In this document: in pieces, positions 61,264-64,000 of the stretch
Position numbering within the stretch: the stretch's first letter is position 1
Layout: the number at the start of each line of letters is the position of its first letter
Source of the DNA: Chlorokybus atmophyticus
Lineage: Eukaryota; Plantae; Mesostigma and Chlorokybus algae
Length of the DNA: 64,000 nt
Assembly (NCBI GenBank): GCA_009103225.1
Contig: RHPI01000818.1
Location: forward strand, 408,906-472,905
Direction: 5' to 3'
Notes under the pieces: generated by a model
What the model saw: the letters and a program-made list of their open reading frames with translations, nothing else
Databases searched by the model: none
Told to the model about the DNA's origin: nothing
Program-made: the position numbers and the translations under genes

Positions 61264-63725
61264 CTACTGCTCGAGTGTTGGCTGCTGGCCTATTACTGCT
61301 CGCTCACGCTCATGTTGACGTTTCTTGGCCAGTTTCTTGCTTTGCCGCCGATCATCAATGTGTTCGCGTTTTTGCAACTTTAACATCTCCATGGAGTTTG
61401 CTTTGCGTGCGGAAAAATTCTCTCGATTGAGATGGTGCTTTTGCAAAGTCTCATTCAGCTCGTTTTCGTTTTGCTTGCAAGTGCGCACAAGCTCGTTAAA
61501 CTGGTCATCCCGCCAATCCTGGTTCAAAGGACCTTTCGCAACGCAATTGCGCACTCCTTTCCTAAGCCCCTTGAGAAAAAGCTGTAGTTTGAGGGCATCA
61601 TCCACCTGCAGCGCTGTCGCGTTGGCAACCATACACAGATGTTCGAACTGCGCGTGAAACTCCTCCACTTTGCGACCTGCCTGCCGCAGATGGCGCAGCT
61701 TCTTAAAAGCGCCGGCAGGGGTGTTGTCCATTTGCGCAGGAGCTCGGCTGCGAATACGACGGCGTTTGCGCTTCTTGCTTGTGGTGGCACGACGAGGAAC
61801 ACCAGAGGAAAGACTACTGGTTGATGTGCCAGATTCATTAGAAGAGCTCTCATTGCCCTGCATTCAGCAGAAGAGCTCTCATTGCCCTGCATTGCATCAA
61901 GCTCGGTGCCACATTGCGCAACTCCACACTTGCTCTTGCACGCAGACAGCATGACAGTGCTCACCTGTTTATCAGCTGGGCTCATGGGTTCCGCCTGATT
62001 CTGGACTTCCACCTCAACCTCTTGGTTGACCTGCTCCTGCCTGGCCTTGGCTTCAGCCAAAGCCTGCTCCTGCCTGGCCCTGGCTTCAGTCTCAGCCTGC
62101 TCCTGCCTGGCCCTGGCTTCAGTCTCAGCCTGCTCCTGCCTGGCCTTGGCTTCAGCATCAGCCTTGGTCTTCGCCTCGCCCGCCTGCCTGGCCGTGGCCT
62201 CAGCCTGCTCCTGCCTGGCCTTGGCCTGTGCTTGCTGCTTCAAGCTGGCCTCGACCTTCTTCATGCACTCTGGACCCATCCTCAGCTTTGGCTTTTGGAC
62301 CTTCGCGCTTGCCTGGGTCTCAACCTTGCCTTCTCCCTTGGCCTGGGCCTCAGCCTCTTGCACACACACAGCTTGCGACTGCACAGGGGGTCTACTTGAA
62401 GATGTAGGCGCCTGGAGTGGCGCCGATTTGGCACTGGGTGCTGATTGCGGAGGACCATCAGGGTACAGGCAGCGCAGGACTTCTGGTGGCATGTCACAGA
62501 GCTGCCATGAGAGCCTACCACTCGCATCGCCAAGAGACATGTAATGCGCGCAGGCCTTGCTCGCGTCTGTATTGCCAATAATCACATGGCCAGCCACTTT
62601 CTGAACATCCTCGCCGATCAGCACCACAAGCTTGATATACTGCAGCTTTCCTTTGTCATCAGGTTTATAATACCTCCCGTCATCCCCTTTGCTGAGTACC
62701 CCCTTGTCCTCCGCTTCTAGGATGTACTTGCAGTCACCAACCTCCTTGAGCTGCACGGTGCCAATGCGAATGCCCAGTGTGTGCGCCAGCAGCGCCAATT
62801 GCAGTTGATCCGCATAAACACCCTCATGACCGATCACTTTCTTCAGAGCAACAACAGCTGCATCACCTTCATCTTTTCCATTGAGAACCGTTGTTACCCG
62901 GAATTTCTTGGCGGCCTTCTTGTAGTCCTCGCCCATGTCACCAGAGGCCCCGTAGTTACGATATGTTCGTAACCAACGAACGTTGACCTGGTCAGCACAC
63001 ATCTTGCGCAACTTGGCAGCTTGATCTCTCGTATGCAGCTCTTTGCCGTTGTCCAGCACAATGCTTCGCCAGAAAGCCTCGTTGTTGATTGCGCCCACGC
63101 GTTCCAGGCACGCAGCGTTGACGGGAGGGCGCGACTGGGCAATGCAAGAGTAGAAGCAGTTGCCATCAGCATAGGCGTCAAAGAGCCGCAGCTTTGTCTC
63201 ATGCAGCAGCAGCCCAATCAGCTCCGCCTCATCGCCCGGTTGTGGAGGAGGTAGACCAGACTCCCAACGACCACCAGTAGATGCACGACCCGTTGATGTG
63301 CCCACTTCAGCTTCAGGTTCTCCGACAAAGTTCCCAAGGTCAATACTCGCAGCTGCTGCCTGCTTGTCACACAGCTTGCTGAGCTGCCGCCGCAAGAACT
63401 GATCCAACTTGACTCTCCATTCATGCGAGAGGGCGAGCAAATCAGCTTTCTCCAACCGCTGCTTGTATTTGACCACCAGCTCTTCCCATGTAGGGCAGTC
63501 TTCCTTTTCCTCTCTCCATACTTTTGCATAACCTACGCAAAGGGCCTTGAAATCATTGAAAACCTCTTCGTCGGTCTTGTTTGCCCGGATCTGCGGCTTC
63601 TTCACCTCTTTTCCTGGTTGCAATGACCGGTATGAGCACGAGTTGGTGTGAGAAAGTTTACACATTCCAAGAGTACCTGCACGCTGCTGCTGACCACTTG
63701 GCAAGACCTTCTGCTTTGGTGCCAT
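61264..63725 (-). CDS. OTU cysteine protease with AEAKARQEQ repeats, spliced to a retrotransposon Gag-like domain
   Basis: YADGNCFYSCI...YADQLQLALLAHTLG...AHYMS. Phase-0 intron 61964-61858 joins LRHLRQAGRKVEEFHAQFEHL...LFLKGLRKGVR. Confidence 0.82.
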
Positions 63726-63814
63726 TATGAACAACCTGTGTCGACACACACAGAGAAACTTACAAGCAGACACGAAGTGATCAAGTGAGCCAAGTTTGGA
63801 ACTGAGCAAGCAGG

Positions 63815-64000
63815 GGCCTTACGCACGAGGCTGCCCCATGAGGTCAGCATGAACAGAGGCGTGAATTGACAACATGCAAGACAAGGTTTGCTTGAGGTCA
63901 GCATGAGCATGCAGGGGCCTTACGCACGAGGCTGCCCCATGAGGTCAGCATGAGCATGCAGGGGCCTTACGCACGAGGCTGCCCCATGAGGTCAGCATGA
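63815..64000. repeat. ~47-bp tandem repeat, homologous in inverted orientation to the ~96-bp duplication at 47880-48065
   Basis: GCAGGGGCCTTACGCACGAGGCTGCCCCATGAGGTCAGCATGAGCAT units share GGGGC.GCCTCGTGCGTAAG with 47905 and 48001. Confidence 0.88.

Larger units (their letters stand above)
51650..64000. mobile_element. CACTA/EnSpm element B, multi-gene, >12.3 kb, continuing past the window
   Basis: Terminus CAG|CACCGGTAATTTTAGGACCCCCC, ATTCA/TGAAT subterminal repeats, and En/Spm transposase domains. Confidence 0.88.

Overview
This is eukaryotic nuclear DNA of about 50% GC with short (about 70-100 nt) GT-AG introns, almost entirely nested and decaying transposable elements. A plant-type sdh4 NUMT, telo-boxes and plant-type CACTA domains suggest the green lineage, possibly a streptophyte alga (inference). 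Left to right: (1) a mitochondrial insert carrying sdh4; (2) a complete but decayed Ty1/copia element (2175-7097, ATATG TSD); (3) a hAT transposase relic; (4) a 12.55-kb element with CACAC TIRs and a CAG TSD (12844-25397) enclosing a RING gene, a GIY-YIG nuclease gene and a Helitron RepHel; (5) a Crypton-like recombinase relic; (6) Gypsy and copia fragments with nested LTRs; (7) two related CACTA/EnSpm-type elements with CACCGG termini in opposite orientation, A (41395-49574, truncated) and B (51650 to beyond 64000). Element B is the main result. It appears to encode a spliced transposase-PHD-Ulp1/SENP fusion, a divergently transcribed Cys/His-rich + Tudor + phage-type C5 cytosine methyltransferase gene, and an OTU deubiquitinase spliced to a Gag-like domain. 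This copy carries nonsense and frameshift lesions. All domain calls come from motif recognition by eye; no searches were run.
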